Shown: positions 36,806 to 46,441, counted from the first letter of the stretch. The stretch is 64,000 bases of DNA from an uncultured bacterium (GCA_947643715.1 CANRXB010000012.1:444-64443); one strand, 5' to 3'. Notes: a model not told the origin generated them from the letters alone. Numbers and translations: made by a program.

Positions 36806-38035
36806 ATGCAATTCGAACAGGGCAACAACCTGCCCCGAGTCAGGGTCACCAATCAGTCCGCCATCCTGCGCATGGTTTACCACTTCGGCCCCATCACCCG
36901 GGCAGATATCGCCAAACGGCTGGATCTCACCCTGCCCACCATCACCACGAACATCAACGATATGATGACGGCGGGCGTAGTGCAGGAACTGGACGCACCC
37001 GAGCCTATGGACCACCGTCACGGCCGCCGCAGCCGCCCGCTGGACATCGTGCCCAACGCGCGGCAGTTCATCGGCGTAGAGATGCGCGGCTCGGAGAGCG
37101 CCGCCTGTCTCACCGACTACCGCGGCCAGGTGCTGTGCAGCCGTTCCGTCCCCTCCCCCAGCCGAGATTATGAGGACAACCTGGACCTGACCTGCCGCCT
37201 CATCCGCTCCATGCTGGACGATCGCGGCCTCACCTTCGACGACGTGGACGGCTTGGGCTTCTGCGTCCCCGGCCTGGTGGACACCCGGTCCGGCGTGCTG
37301 AACGTGCGCCCCAGCTATAACTGGTACGACAAGAACCTCCTGCGGGACGTGAAGCGGCGGCTGCGCTTCGATAAGCCCATCACCATCGAGAACAACGCCT
37401 GTGCCCGGGCCTACGGCGCTTCGCTGTTCCAGCGGGAGCTGCTCAACGATGTGCCCACCTTCGCCTATCTCTTCATCCACATGGGCATCGCCTGTCCGCT
37501 GATCCTCAACTCCTCCAGCTCCTTCGGGTCCATCGTGGGCGCCGGGGAGGTCGGGCATATGGTGATGGAGCCCAACGGCCCCCAGTGCACCTGCGGCAAC
37601 CACGGCTGCCTGGAGGCCATCTCCAGCGACCGGGCCATCATCTCCCGCTGTATGGACGCTCTGGCCAGGGGAGGCGCGCCCATCCTGCGCACACTGTGCC
37701 CCAAAGGCGAAGAGCCTTCCATGGCCAACATCCTCCAGGCCCAGCGGGAGGGGGACTCCGACGTCTACCTCATCGTAGAGCGCGCGGTGTACACCCTGGG
37801 GCTGGCCATCGCAAACATCGACAATTTTACCTGCCCTCGCATCATGCTCATCGAGGGAGAGCTGTTCCGTGCCCCCGCCAACCGTCAGCAGCTCCTGGAC
37901 GTGGTGCATCGCAACATCTGCAAAGTCACCCGCACCGATACCGATTTCGTGTTCGTAGAGCCCGATCAGTTCAGCGGGGCCCGGGGCGCCGCCGCAGTCG
38001 CCATCTTCCATGACCTCGGATCGGGAGCGGGATGA
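36806..38035 (+). CDS. ROK family transcriptional regulator
   Basis: N-terminal HTH (ITRADIAKRLDLTLPTIT); ENNACARA; AGEVGHM; CTCGNHGCLE zinc motif. Confidence 0.92.
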   Translation: MQFEQGNNLPRVRVTNQSAILRMVYHFGPITRADIAKRLDLTLPTITTNINDMMTAGVVQELDAPEPMDHRHGRRSRPLDIVPNARQFIGVEMRGSESAACLTDYRGQVLCSRSVPSPSRDYEDNLDLTCRLIRSMLDDRGLTFDDVDGLGFCVPGLVDTRSGVLNVRPSYNWYDKNLLRDVKRRLRFDKPITIENNACARAYGASLFQRELLNDVPTFAYLFIHMGIACPLILNSSSSFGSIVGAGEVGHMVMEPNGPQCTCGNHGCLEAISSDRAIISRCMDALARGGAPILRTLCPKGEEPSMANILQAQREGDSDVYLIVERAVYTLGLAIANIDNFTCPRIMLIEGELFRAPANRQQLLDVVHRNICKVTRTDTDFVFVEPDQFSGARGAAAVAIFHDLGSGAG

Positions 38036-38070
38036 CCGCCTCCCTCATATCGAACGGCCCACTTTACCTG

Positions 38071-38101
38071 AGTGCGCTGCGGCGATGCCGCAGCGCACTT
38101 T
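38071..38101. terminator. Hairpin between convergent ROK and nagA-like genes
   Basis: AGTGCGCTGCGGC/GCCGCAGCGCACT perfect stem. Confidence 0.65.
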
Positions 38102-38107
38102 GTCCTA

Positions 38108-39262
38108 TCACTGCCGTTCCAGGATGTGCCCACGGGTGAACACCATGTCCACACCGCACGCTTCGTCCAGCACCACCAGGTCGGCATCCTTCCCGTCGGC
38201 GATCGAGCCCTTTCGGTCGAACACCCCGATCAGACGGGCAGGGCCCTCCGTCAAGGCGGGCAGCAGCTCCTCCAGCGGCCTGCCGGTGAACGCCAGCAGG
38301 TTCCTCAGCGCCGCGTCCTGGGTCAAAGTGCTCCCCGCCCGCACGCCGGTGGAGGCCAGCTTGGCGTCCCCATCCTCGACCACCACCTCGTTGACGCCCA
38401 AATGATACTTGCCGTCCGGCAGGCCGGCGGCCATGATGGAATCGGTGATGGCCACCACCCGGTCCAATCCCTTCGTCTTGATCAGCAGCCGCACCACGCC
38501 GGGATGGAGATGCCGCCCGTCGCAGATCATCTCACAGTACACATCGGACTCCAGCACCGCTCCCATGATGGCGGGCCGATGCTGGTGGAGCAGGCCCATG
38601 GCGTTGAAGGTGTGGGTGGCCGCAGCGGCCCCGTTTCCGATAGCCTCCATGGCCGTCTCATAGTCCGCGCCGGAATGGCCGATGGCGGTGACGATGCCCA
38701 GCTCCTTCGCCACGGGGATCATCTCGTTCACCCCCTCCACCTCCGGGGACACCGTGAGATAACGGATGCCCCCCTCCGCCCGCTCCTGATAGGAGCGCAG
38801 CAGATCCGAGTCGCCCTTGCGCAGTAGGTGCTCCGGCATAGCTCCCTTATACTCGGTGGCCAGGAAGGGACCCTCCAGATGGATGCCCAGTAGCTCGGCC
38901 GTGGGCTGCTCCCCGGCGTTGTGGACCTTGAACTGATCGATGCACCACTCTGTCTGCTCCACCGTGTCCGTGAGCACGGAACACAGCCACGAGGTGGTGC
39001 CGTTCCCGGCGAAAAAGCGGCCGATCTTCTCCAGGTCCTCCGCCGTGGCGCCGTTCACGTCCACGCCCACCGCGCCGTGGGTATGGACGTCGATGAAGCC
39101 GGGGACCACCCGCTTGCCCTGCACGTCCACCACCTGCGCCCCTTCCGGGACGGGCGCGTCCGCCGGGAGCACCTGGAGCTTGCCCTGGGCCAGCCGGAGC
39201 GTCCCAGGTCCGAACCTGCGGCCGACGTACACCTGGCCGTTGATGATATAGGTATCGTTCAT
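38108..39262 (-). CDS. nagA: N-acetylglucosamine-6-phosphate deacetylase family (NagA-like)
   Basis: PGFIDVHTHG, HLEGPF, IGHS, THTFNAM, ICDGRH, ITDS; start set at ATG 39262. Confidence 0.85.
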   Translation of the reverse strand: MNDTYIINGQVYVGRRFGPGTLRLAQGKLQVLPADAPVPEGAQVVDVQGKRVVPGFIDVHTHGAVGVDVNGATAEDLEKIGRFFAGNGTTSWLCSVLTDTVEQTEWCIDQFKVHNAGEQPTAELLGIHLEGPFLATEYKGAMPEHLLRKGDSDLLRSYQERAEGGIRYLTVSPEVEGVNEMIPVAKELGIVTAIGHSGADYETAMEAIGNGAAAATHTFNAMGLLHQHRPAIMGAVLESDVYCEMICDGRHLHPGVVRLLIKTKGLDRVVAITDSIMAAGLPDGKYHLGVNEVVVEDGDAKLASTGVRAGSTLTQDAALRNLLAFTGRPLEELLPALTEGPARLIGVFDRKGSIADGKDADLVVLDEACGVDMVFTRGHILERQ

Positions 39263-39281
39263 GACTGCACCTCCCGATCGG

Positions 39282-40103
39282 TCAATCCGACAGAGCGGCC
39301 ACGTATTCGGTGACACGCAGCAGCGCGTCCGGATGCGTCTGCATGATGGTGGCCGGGAAATGGGCGGACACCTCGCCATAGGCCGCATGGCGCACCACGG
39401 CCCGGTGCCAGTTTCGGAAACAGCCCAGACGCACCTTGCGTGCGTTGAAGATCTCATTCATGCCGATGGTGACGCACCAGCGGGGCATATCGTCCAGCGC
39501 CCCGTTGAAGTCCCCGATGGCGTTGGCCGTCCGGGTCTCCGGGGTGATGGCCAGCACCCGGGTATGGAGCGCCTTGAACTGCTCGGGCGTCAGCTCGTCC
39601 TGGGCCTCGTTGAAGGCGAGATGGCCGTTGATCCCGATGCCGCCGAAGCAGATGTCCACCCCGCCCAGCTCTTCGATCAGTGCGCTCATGCGCCCCGGAT
39701 CCTTTGGGTCGGGGAACACCCGCTGATCCTCCGGCATGAGCAGCTCCGGCCGGATCTGCGTATACACCGTCCGGTCCATGAATCCCCGGAAGCTGAGGGG
39801 ATGGCTCTTCTCGACCCACTCCTTCTCGTCGGTGAGGTACTCGTCCATATTGAGGAACCACACGTCCTTCAGACAGAGGCCCTTCCGGTTCACCATATCC
39901 ACAAAATAGGGATATTGCCCCACCGGCCCCACCGGGCAGATGAACACCGTGCGTTCACCCAGGGCGTTCTTCCGTTCGATCTCCTCCACCATCTCCCGGG
40001 CGATGGCCTGGAACACGGCGGCGTTGTCCTCCAGCACCTCCAGCGGCAGCTTCGGAGCCGCCAGCAGAGCTTGCCTGTCATAATAATAGTACTCGTGACG
40101 CAT
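39282..40103 (-). CDS. Glucosamine-6-phosphate deaminase-like protein (divergent NagB family)
   Basis: NMDEY and GGIGINGHLAFNE catalytic motifs; phosphate loop atypical (CPVGPVGQ); start set at ATG 40103. Confidence 0.8.
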   Translation of the reverse strand: MRHEYYYYDRQALLAAPKLPLEVLEDNAAVFQAIAREMVEEIERKNALGERTVFICPVGPVGQYPYFVDMVNRKGLCLKDVWFLNMDEYLTDEKEWVEKSHPLSFRGFMDRTVYTQIRPELLMPEDQRVFPDPKDPGRMSALIEELGGVDICFGGIGINGHLAFNEAQDELTPEQFKALHTRVLAITPETRTANAIGDFNGALDDMPRWCVTIGMNEIFNARKVRLGCFRNWHRAVVRHAAYGEVSAHFPATIMQTHPDALLRVTEYVAALSD

Positions 40104-40117
40104 CAAAGATCCTCCTC

Positions 40118-41989
40118 TCAGGCCCCCGCGCCCCCGCGAAAGCCCGTATATTTTTCTGTGACCTCCAGCACCCGGTATTCGTCCAGCCATGCTCGGAGAT
40201 CGGGCCCTTTCTCACAGACGGTCCGGCGGAACTCCTTCCATCTCTCCCACGCCCTCGCCTCGTCCCCCTCGGCCAGCCGGCACAGGGCCCGGGACAGCTT
40301 GAGCACATAGTGCCGGTGGTAGTCCAGCACCTCCCAGAACGGAGTGTCCCAGCCTTTCGCCCCTCGATGTGCGTCCAGTGTGGGCGCGAAGTCCACGCAC
40401 AGCTCCCGGACCGCCTCCATCCGAGCGGCCATGTCCGCGTCCTTCCGCTCCCCCTTGCCGTTCACATAGTCGGTGCTGCTCAAGCTGGACAATCGGGACA
40501 GGTAGTCCGCCACCAGGGGCCAATCCTTCCCATAGGCAGCGGAAAAATACTCGCCCAGCAGCTCGTTCATATCCACGGACCGATCCAAAAGGGTCCGGCC
40601 CATGACATAGTTGGGGAAGAAATTGGGGAGGCCCGCCCGCAGCTCCTGACAGCTCATATAGCCGTCCAACCCCATGGCGTCCAGCCGCTTCACGTCCCCG
40701 CTGATGACCCGCGCCAGCTTCACATAACCCAGGTCGCCATAATGGGCCCGCCCCAAAGGATAATCGTATACGAAGCTGTCCCCGTGGAACAGCTCCTGCC
40801 ACCCCCGGAGAAAGGCCAGGTTCTCCGGCAGGCTGGTGGGCAAGACGATATGGTTGCGCTCATAGGGCGGGATGTCCGGCAGCTTTTCCTCCACGTCATA
40901 TGAGCGTTCGAATGTGCGGCTGATCGGGGCGAACATGAGCACGAAGCGCTCCGGGCGTTCCAGCCGCGCCTGCGCCGGGGGCCACAGCAGCTCCTGGTAC
41001 AGCAAGAACACCACCTTCGTGTCCAGCCCCTCCGCAGTGAGGCGGCGGTCGATCTCATTGAGCAGCTCCACATATTGGTCGGAGGGCGTGGTCACGCGGC
41101 ATCCTTCGCACTCACACATGTTGTTGTACGCATCCGCCAGCCAAACGTGGAGGTAGTCCACATCCGGCTCCTTTCTCGCATAGTCCACCACCAGGGCCGC
41201 GAAAGCGTCCACCGCGTCCCCGTTATGGAAGCACAGGTTGGTGTTGGCGGGCACGCCCTCATGCAGCCCGCGCACTCCCCCCACCTGAGCGGCCATTGGC
41301 CGCTCGGCCTCCGCCAGCGGCCGGGGAGCCGCGTCCCAGGACTGGGCCTCGAAGCCCAATACCTCTCCGGTCCAGCCATGGCCCACCTTGTGGAGCAGCG
41401 ACCCGCGGCGCTCCATCTCCCGTTCCGCCTCCTTCATCCAGGCCAAGGCGTCCTCCGGCGAAAAAGGCTCCGGCTCCCTGAACGGATCGCCCCGGTGCCC
41501 ATACCACCGGGCATAAAAGATGTAAGGCGTTTTGAATTGCAGGAAAAAGCTGTTGTATCCCAGCTTCGGCAGCCAATCGATGAACGCCAGGACATCTTCC
41601 CGGCTGTCCGCCCCTTCGATGCAGACGCCCCGGTGGCGGAAGGACGCCTGATGCTCGCAGCTCACCTTCAGCATCTCCCGGGTGATATGAGGCACGACCT
41701 CATACGCTTTCCCTGGGGCCAGGAACCGGCAGCCCAGACGGCGCAGGCACTCATACGCCCCCAGCAATACCGCCCGTGCGCTGTTCCCCACGATGGCCCC
41801 TCCCGCCCCGTCCAGCTCTATGGAGAACCAGTCGGTGCGGCTGTGCCCGCCGTCAGGACGCACCTCCAGGCGCACGGTAAGATCTCCCGGCACCTCCCCG
41901 AGCATCCGCGTCAGATAGGCTCTCAGTTCGCAAGCGGCAAAGGTCACAGGCTCCGGCGCGCCTGCGGGGCAGACGGTCTCGATGTTCAC
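40118..41989 (-). CDS. DUF4838-type protein (putative TIM-barrel glycoside hydrolase), cytoplasmic
   Basis: FAACELRAYL N-domain, FRHRGVCIEG, NTNLCFHN, HVWLADAYNNMCECEGC; GTG start after GGAGG. Confidence 0.65.
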   Translation of the reverse strand: MNIETVCPAGAPEPVTFAACELRAYLTRMLGEVPGDLTVRLEVRPDGGHSRTDWFSIELDGAGGAIVGNSARAVLLGAYECLRRLGCRFLAPGKAYEVVPHITREMLKVSCEHQASFRHRGVCIEGADSREDVLAFIDWLPKLGYNSFFLQFKTPYIFYARWYGHRGDPFREPEPFSPEDALAWMKEAEREMERRGSLLHKVGHGWTGEVLGFEAQSWDAAPRPLAEAERPMAAQVGGVRGLHEGVPANTNLCFHNGDAVDAFAALVVDYARKEPDVDYLHVWLADAYNNMCECEGCRVTTPSDQYVELLNEIDRRLTAEGLDTKVVFLLYQELLWPPAQARLERPERFVLMFAPISRTFERSYDVEEKLPDIPPYERNHIVLPTSLPENLAFLRGWQELFHGDSFVYDYPLGRAHYGDLGYVKLARVISGDVKRLDAMGLDGYMSCQELRAGLPNFFPNYVMGRTLLDRSVDMNELLGEYFSAAYGKDWPLVADYLSRLSSLSSTDYVNGKGERKDADMAARMEAVRELCVDFAPTLDAHRGAKGWDTPFWEVLDYHRHYVLKLSRALCRLAEGDEARAWERWKEFRRTVCEKGPDLRAWLDEYRVLEVTEKYTGFRGGAGA

Positions 41990-42113
41990 GATCTCTCCTC
42001 CTATCCCTGTAGGCCAAAAGTGTGGAACGACCCTATGGGGCGGACCTGAGTTCCGTCCCATAGGGTCCGTTCCTATGTGTCGATGCTATCCGTTTTCCAT
42101 CCAGGGACAGCCC

Positions 42114-43181
42114 TTACTTCAGGGCCTCCTCCACCACGTCGAACAGGACGAACTGCCCCACGGCCTCCACGGCCTGATCGGCTTCGATGTTGCCGCCTGC
42201 CAGGAAGTCGTTCTGCATCCCCTCGTAATAACCCTTGATCGCGCCGTCCTCGATGCCGGCCTTCAGGTCCTCCAGGTTGAACCAGTGGGCGTCGCCCACC
42301 TGGACGAGCTGGGATTCCAGGCTGGCCTTGGTCTGATCGGCGCAGTACTGGGCCACGGTCTCATAGTTGTCCACCTTGGAACCCCAATCCATCCCTTTGA
42401 ACAGGGCGCGGCAGAAGCGCACCAGCACGTCCCGGTTCTCCTGGGCATACTTGGGCAGGCAGATCCAGCTAGAGATATTGGTGGAACCGTCGGAGAACTC
42501 GATCTCCTTGGCGCCCTCCACCTGCTTGATGATCTCAGAGGAGTAGGGGTTCCAGCACACAGCGGCGTCGATGGTGCGGGACACGGCGGCAGGCACGATA
42601 TTGTCGATGCTCAGGTCCATCAGCTTCACATCGTCACGGGTCAGGCCGGCCACAGTGAGCGCACTGTTCAGCGTGGCCTCGGAAGAGGAGCCGGAATTGA
42701 ACGCGATGGTCTTGCCCTTCAGGTCCTCCACCGTCTCGATGCCGCTGTCGGGCAGGACCACCACCCTGTCGGTGGTATGGACGGAGCTGGGCGCGAAGAT
42801 GACGGCGTTGCCCAAGATGCACAGCCGGTGGGCGCCCTTGCCGATGTAAGCCACATCGATCTTCCCGCTCTCCATGGCCGCGATCTCAGAGGGGCCGTCG
42901 GGGAACTCAGTCAGCTCGATGGTGATGCCTTCCTCAGCGAAGAAGCCCTGCTTGTCGGCGGACAGCACGCCCCAAAGGGAAGCGTAGTTGGGCATATAGG
43001 CGATGCGCAGGGTGATGGGCTCGGGACCGGCCGGCTCCGGATCCTTGGACTCTTGGCCCGTCGGGGCCTGGGCGGTCTGGGTCGGAACCGGATCCTTGGT
43101 GGGCTCGGGGGCATCGCTGGAGCACGCCGCCAGGGACATCACCATGACCAGCGCCAACAGCAGAGCGGTGAGTTTCTTCAT
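42114..43181 (-). CDS. SsuA/TauA/NMT1-like ABC substrate-binding lipoprotein
   Basis: Lipobox MSLAAC; FPDGPSEIAAMESGKIDVAYIG; DLKGKTIAF; IDAAVCWNPY. Confidence 0.85.
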   Translation of the reverse strand: MKKLTALLLALVMVMSLAACSSDAPEPTKDPVPTQTAQAPTGQESKDPEPAGPEPITLRIAYMPNYASLWGVLSADKQGFFAEEGITIELTEFPDGPSEIAAMESGKIDVAYIGKGAHRLCILGNAVIFAPSSVHTTDRVVVLPDSGIETVEDLKGKTIAFNSGSSSEATLNSALTVAGLTRDDVKLMDLSIDNIVPAAVSRTIDAAVCWNPYSSEIIKQVEGAKEIEFSDGSTNISSWICLPKYAQENRDVLVRFCRALFKGMDWGSKVDNYETVAQYCADQTKASLESQLVQVGDAHWFNLEDLKAGIEDGAIKGYYEGMQNDFLAGGNIEADQAVEAVGQFVLFDVVEEALK

Positions 43182-43253
43182 TTCATTTTCCTCCTTAGCT
43201 TTGTTTGGGACTGCCTGTATCTTGATCGCTCGCGAAAGCGGTCAGGCACGAAC

Positions 43254-44042
43254 TCACTTGCGGACCTCCAGGTACTCCTGATAGACCTCGTTCCAGATCT
43301 GGGCCTTGAGCTCCATGAACCGGGGGTCGCTCTTGGTGGCCTGGTCCCGGGGATACGGGATGTCGATGTCCACGATGCGCTTGATCCTTCCTGGCCGGGC
43401 AGACATGATGACCACTCTCTGGGCCAGCAGGACGGCCTCGTCCACGTCATGCGTGATGAAGAAGCAGGTCTTTTGCTCCTGCTCCCACGTCTTGAGCAGT
43501 TCGGTCTGGAGCTGGGCACGGGTCTGCGCGTCCAGCGCGCCGAAGGGCTCGTCCATGAGCAGCACCTCGGGATCGTTGGCATAGGCCCGGGCGATGGCCA
43601 CCCGCTGCTTCATACCGCCGGACAGCTCCTTGGGGAAAGAGTCCTCAAAGTCCTCCAGCCCCACCATCTTGATGTACTTGCGCGCGATCGCTTCACACTC
43701 CGCCTTGGGCAGACGCTTCATCTGGGGCCCGAACATGACGTTTTGGATCACGGTCTGCCACGGGAACAGGGCATACTGCTGGAACACCACGCCCCGCTCC
43801 ACGCCGGTGCCCTTGATGGGCTTCCCATCCAGGCGGCATTCGCCGGAGGTGGCTTCGTGGAGGCCGGCCAGGATGTTCAGCAGGGTGGATTTGCCGCAGC
43901 CGGACGGGCCCACCACACATACGAACTCGTTCTCCCAGATATCCAGATCGACGCCGTTGAGGGCCACGGTGGTGCCATGGTCGCCATGATACTCCTTGAC
44001 GACATGCTCGATCTTGATCTTCACGTCGCGCCCGGCGCTCAT
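43254..44042 (-). CDS. ABC ATP-binding protein (SsuB/TauB-like)
   Basis: GPSGCGKST, VFQQYALFPW, LSGGMKQR, MDEPFGALDAQTR; ATGA-coupled start at 44042. Confidence 0.92.
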   Translation of the reverse strand: MSAGRDVKIKIEHVVKEYHGDHGTTVALNGVDLDIWENEFVCVVGPSGCGKSTLLNILAGLHEATSGECRLDGKPIKGTGVERGVVFQQYALFPWQTVIQNVMFGPQMKRLPKAECEAIARKYIKMVGLEDFEDSFPKELSGGMKQRVAIARAYANDPEVLLMDEPFGALDAQTRAQLQTELLKTWEQEQKTCFFITHDVDEAVLLAQRVVIMSARPGRIKRIVDIDIPYPRDQATKSDPRFMELKAQIWNEVYQEYLEVRK

Positions 44043-44851
44043 GCCTCTTCCCGCTTCTCCTGCCATGAGGTCAGCCTCCTTTCGATGAAGTCCACAAAGA
44101 TGTTGAGCAGCGTACCGATGATGCCGATGAGGATGATGTAGCCCAGCATGGCATTGGTCTCGAAGGTGGTCTGGAGGGTGCGGATGCGCATGCCAAGGCC
44201 GGCCTGAGCGCCGGTGGATTCCGCCGCCAGCAGGGTGGTCAGGGCCGCGCTCAGGCCCAGCCGCACAGCAGTGAGGATGAACGGTACCGTGGCGGGCAGC
44301 GTGATGCGGAAAAAGATGTCCATGTCGTTGGCCCCCAGCACCCGGGCGGCCTTGACCAAGGTATTGTCGATGTTCCGGATGCCGTGGAAGATGGTGATGC
44401 ACATGGTCATGAAGGTGCAGATCCAGATGAGCACCACGGACGGGGTGCGGCCCACGCCCAGCATGATGACCACCAACGGCGCATAGGCCAAGGCAGGGAT
44501 GTTGCGGATGAAATTGATCCAGGGCTCGATGATCTTACGTACCGGGGTATACCACGCCATGAGGAACGCCATGGGCAGCGCGGTCACGAAGCCCAGGCTG
44601 AAGCCCAGCGCCACGGAGATCATACTGCTGGCAAAGTCGCCCAGCAGAGCGTCCCGGTCCAGCATGGTCTTCATGCCGTCGATCACGGCAGGGACGAACG
44701 GGAAGCTGCGTCCCGTCCTCTCCCCTTTGGACAGGCAGAACCAAACGATCAGCGCCACCACCAGCGAGACGAGCAGCCACGACCAGTTGATCAGCTTGCT
44801 GCGTTTCTCCGCTTTGCTCAAAGGTCTTTTCGCTTGCTTCACTTTGCTCAT
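44039..44851 (-). CDS. ABC permease (SsuC/TauC-like)
   Basis: RNIPALAYAPL, LVKAARVLGA (EAA loop), LLAAES. Confidence 0.9.
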   Translation of the reverse strand: MSKVKQAKRPLSKAEKRSKLINWSWLLVSLVVALIVWFCLSKGERTGRSFPFVPAVIDGMKTMLDRDALLGDFASSMISVALGFSLGFVTALPMAFLMAWYTPVRKIIEPWINFIRNIPALAYAPLVVIMLGVGRTPSVVLIWICTFMTMCITIFHGIRNIDNTLVKAARVLGANDMDIFFRITLPATVPFILTAVRLGLSAALTTLLAAESTGAQAGLGMRIRTLQTTFETNAMLGYIILIGIIGTLLNIFVDFIERRLTSWQEKREEA

Positions 44852-44931
44852 ACGACACCTTCCTTTACTCTTTTCTCATTTTCGGCCTCTGGAACGGCCC
44901 GCCTCCCCCGCCGCTGCGCTCTGCGCATCGC

Positions 44932-46428
44932 TCATCCGACGCAGGGATGAGGAGCGCCGCCGGGATCGTTGGCGCCGTCGTAGGGCTGGTCCTTCAGGCA
45001 CAGGTGGACGGCGGAGAGCTTGAAGGTCTTGGGCAGGGCCAGGATATCGGGGTCCGGCCCCACGTACTTCTTCTTCGCGTCCGCCAGCGCCTCCTCGAAG
45101 GTGGCCCGGGTCTTGAGGCCCATCCCCCGGGCGATCCCCGGCTCCTGCGCCCCCACGATGTAGATCGCCGCGGTCTCCATCTCCGCGATGTGCCCGCAGC
45201 TCATCATGGAGAACCCGTGGAAGGGGTGGAACGCGTTGCAGAAGCGGTACTTGCGGATGTACTCCTGGTTGGTGGCGAAGTACTCCCCATACCGGTCCAT
45301 ATCGGGCAGGACGTCCATGTGATCGTGCTGGAACATCTCATACAGCTCCCGCAGGTAGGGCCAGCGCTCGTCGTGGAAGTACCCGTTGCAGATCGACGAG
45401 CAGATGATCACGCAGTTGTCCTTCATCACCCGCTTGTGCCGGATCACCTGGGCGGACAGCGCCTGCATCATCTGGATCGGGTTGGTGCCCATCCCGTCCC
45501 CGTAGTGGAACGCCTGGGGCATCCCGAACACCATCACATCGTACTTCTTCTCCGCCCAGGGCACATACGTCCGCTTGTCCGCCACCTCCCAGCTCACCGG
45601 CATCATCTCCTTGGCATAGCCCGAGAAGATCGCGATCTGCCGGGAATACGTGTCCAGCACCGCGTCGCAGCAGAAGAAGGGATGGCCCATCTTCTCCTCC
45701 ATCCACATCCCGATCTCGTCGAACTTCGTCCGCATCAGGCTGTGGCCGGACACCGGGGTGAAGTCCGCCCGGTGCATCACCTTCGGCACGTGGTGGCTGG
45801 CGATGCTCCGCCAATGGGTGATCCCCGTGGCACAGTGCTTGTAGCCCCCGGAGTACCCCCCATACGGGTTGCCCTGGGTGTGGCCGATCAGGATGGGGAT
45901 GTCGCAGTCGAACACATACTTGTTCATCAGCACCGGGTCCCCCCGGCTGGTAGTCCCCAGGTCCACCATGTGCTCGTAGTCCTCGCTGTCGTGGGAGTCG
46001 ATCTGGCCCGTCCAATAGAACTCGCCGAACAGCTCCTCCCCCAGGATCTGCTTCATCTCGGGCACAGTGGCACGGGGGTGCAGCCCGTTGGAGAACAGCA
46101 GCCGGACGTCCTTCTTCTCCACCCCTGCCGCGTACAGCTCGTCCAGGCACGCCCGAATGGACACCTTCCGGTGGGCCGTGGCCTGGCACCCGCCCTTGAC
46201 GATGTCCGGGATGACGAACACCACGCGCTTGCCCGGTCCTGCCAGCTCCTTCAGCGCGGGCATCCCGATGGGATGACGGATGGACGCCAGGGTAGCATCA
46301 TACAGGCTGTCCCAGTCCTGGGGCAGACAGGGCGGGTCGGGGACCGTCTCCCCAGGGATGAACACGTCGGTGCTGTCGGGCAGCTCGGCGGCCATCAGGC
46401 CGTGGCCGTATTCGAATTCCAGTTTCAT
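44932..46428 (-). CDS. LarA-like nickel-pincer-dependent racemase/epimerase (DUF2088 family)
   Basis: HPIGMPAL, VIPDIVKG, SNGLHPRAT, HDSED, GGYSGGYKH (cofactor-anchoring Lys position). Confidence 0.75.
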   Translation of the reverse strand: MKLEFEYGHGLMAAELPDSTDVFIPGETVPDPPCLPQDWDSLYDATLASIRHPIGMPALKELAGPGKRVVFVIPDIVKGGCQATAHRKVSIRACLDELYAAGVEKKDVRLLFSNGLHPRATVPEMKQILGEELFGEFYWTGQIDSHDSEDYEHMVDLGTTSRGDPVLMNKYVFDCDIPILIGHTQGNPYGGYSGGYKHCATGITHWRSIASHHVPKVMHRADFTPVSGHSLMRTKFDEIGMWMEEKMGHPFFCCDAVLDTYSRQIAIFSGYAKEMMPVSWEVADKRTYVPWAEKKYDVMVFGMPQAFHYGDGMGTNPIQMMQALSAQVIRHKRVMKDNCVIICSSICNGYFHDERWPYLRELYEMFQHDHMDVLPDMDRYGEYFATNQEYIRKYRFCNAFHPFHGFSMMSCGHIAEMETAAIYIVGAQEPGIARGMGLKTRATFEEALADAKKKYVGPDPDILALPKTFKLSAVHLCLKDQPYDGANDPGGAPHPCVG

Positions 46429-46441
46429 ACTATGCCCTCCC

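Noticed and set aside
36806-38035. ROK protein as the missing sugar kinase
   Set aside because: It has an N-terminal HTH and lacks a canonical kinase ATP motif (GVEMRG instead of D.GGT), so it reads as a repressor
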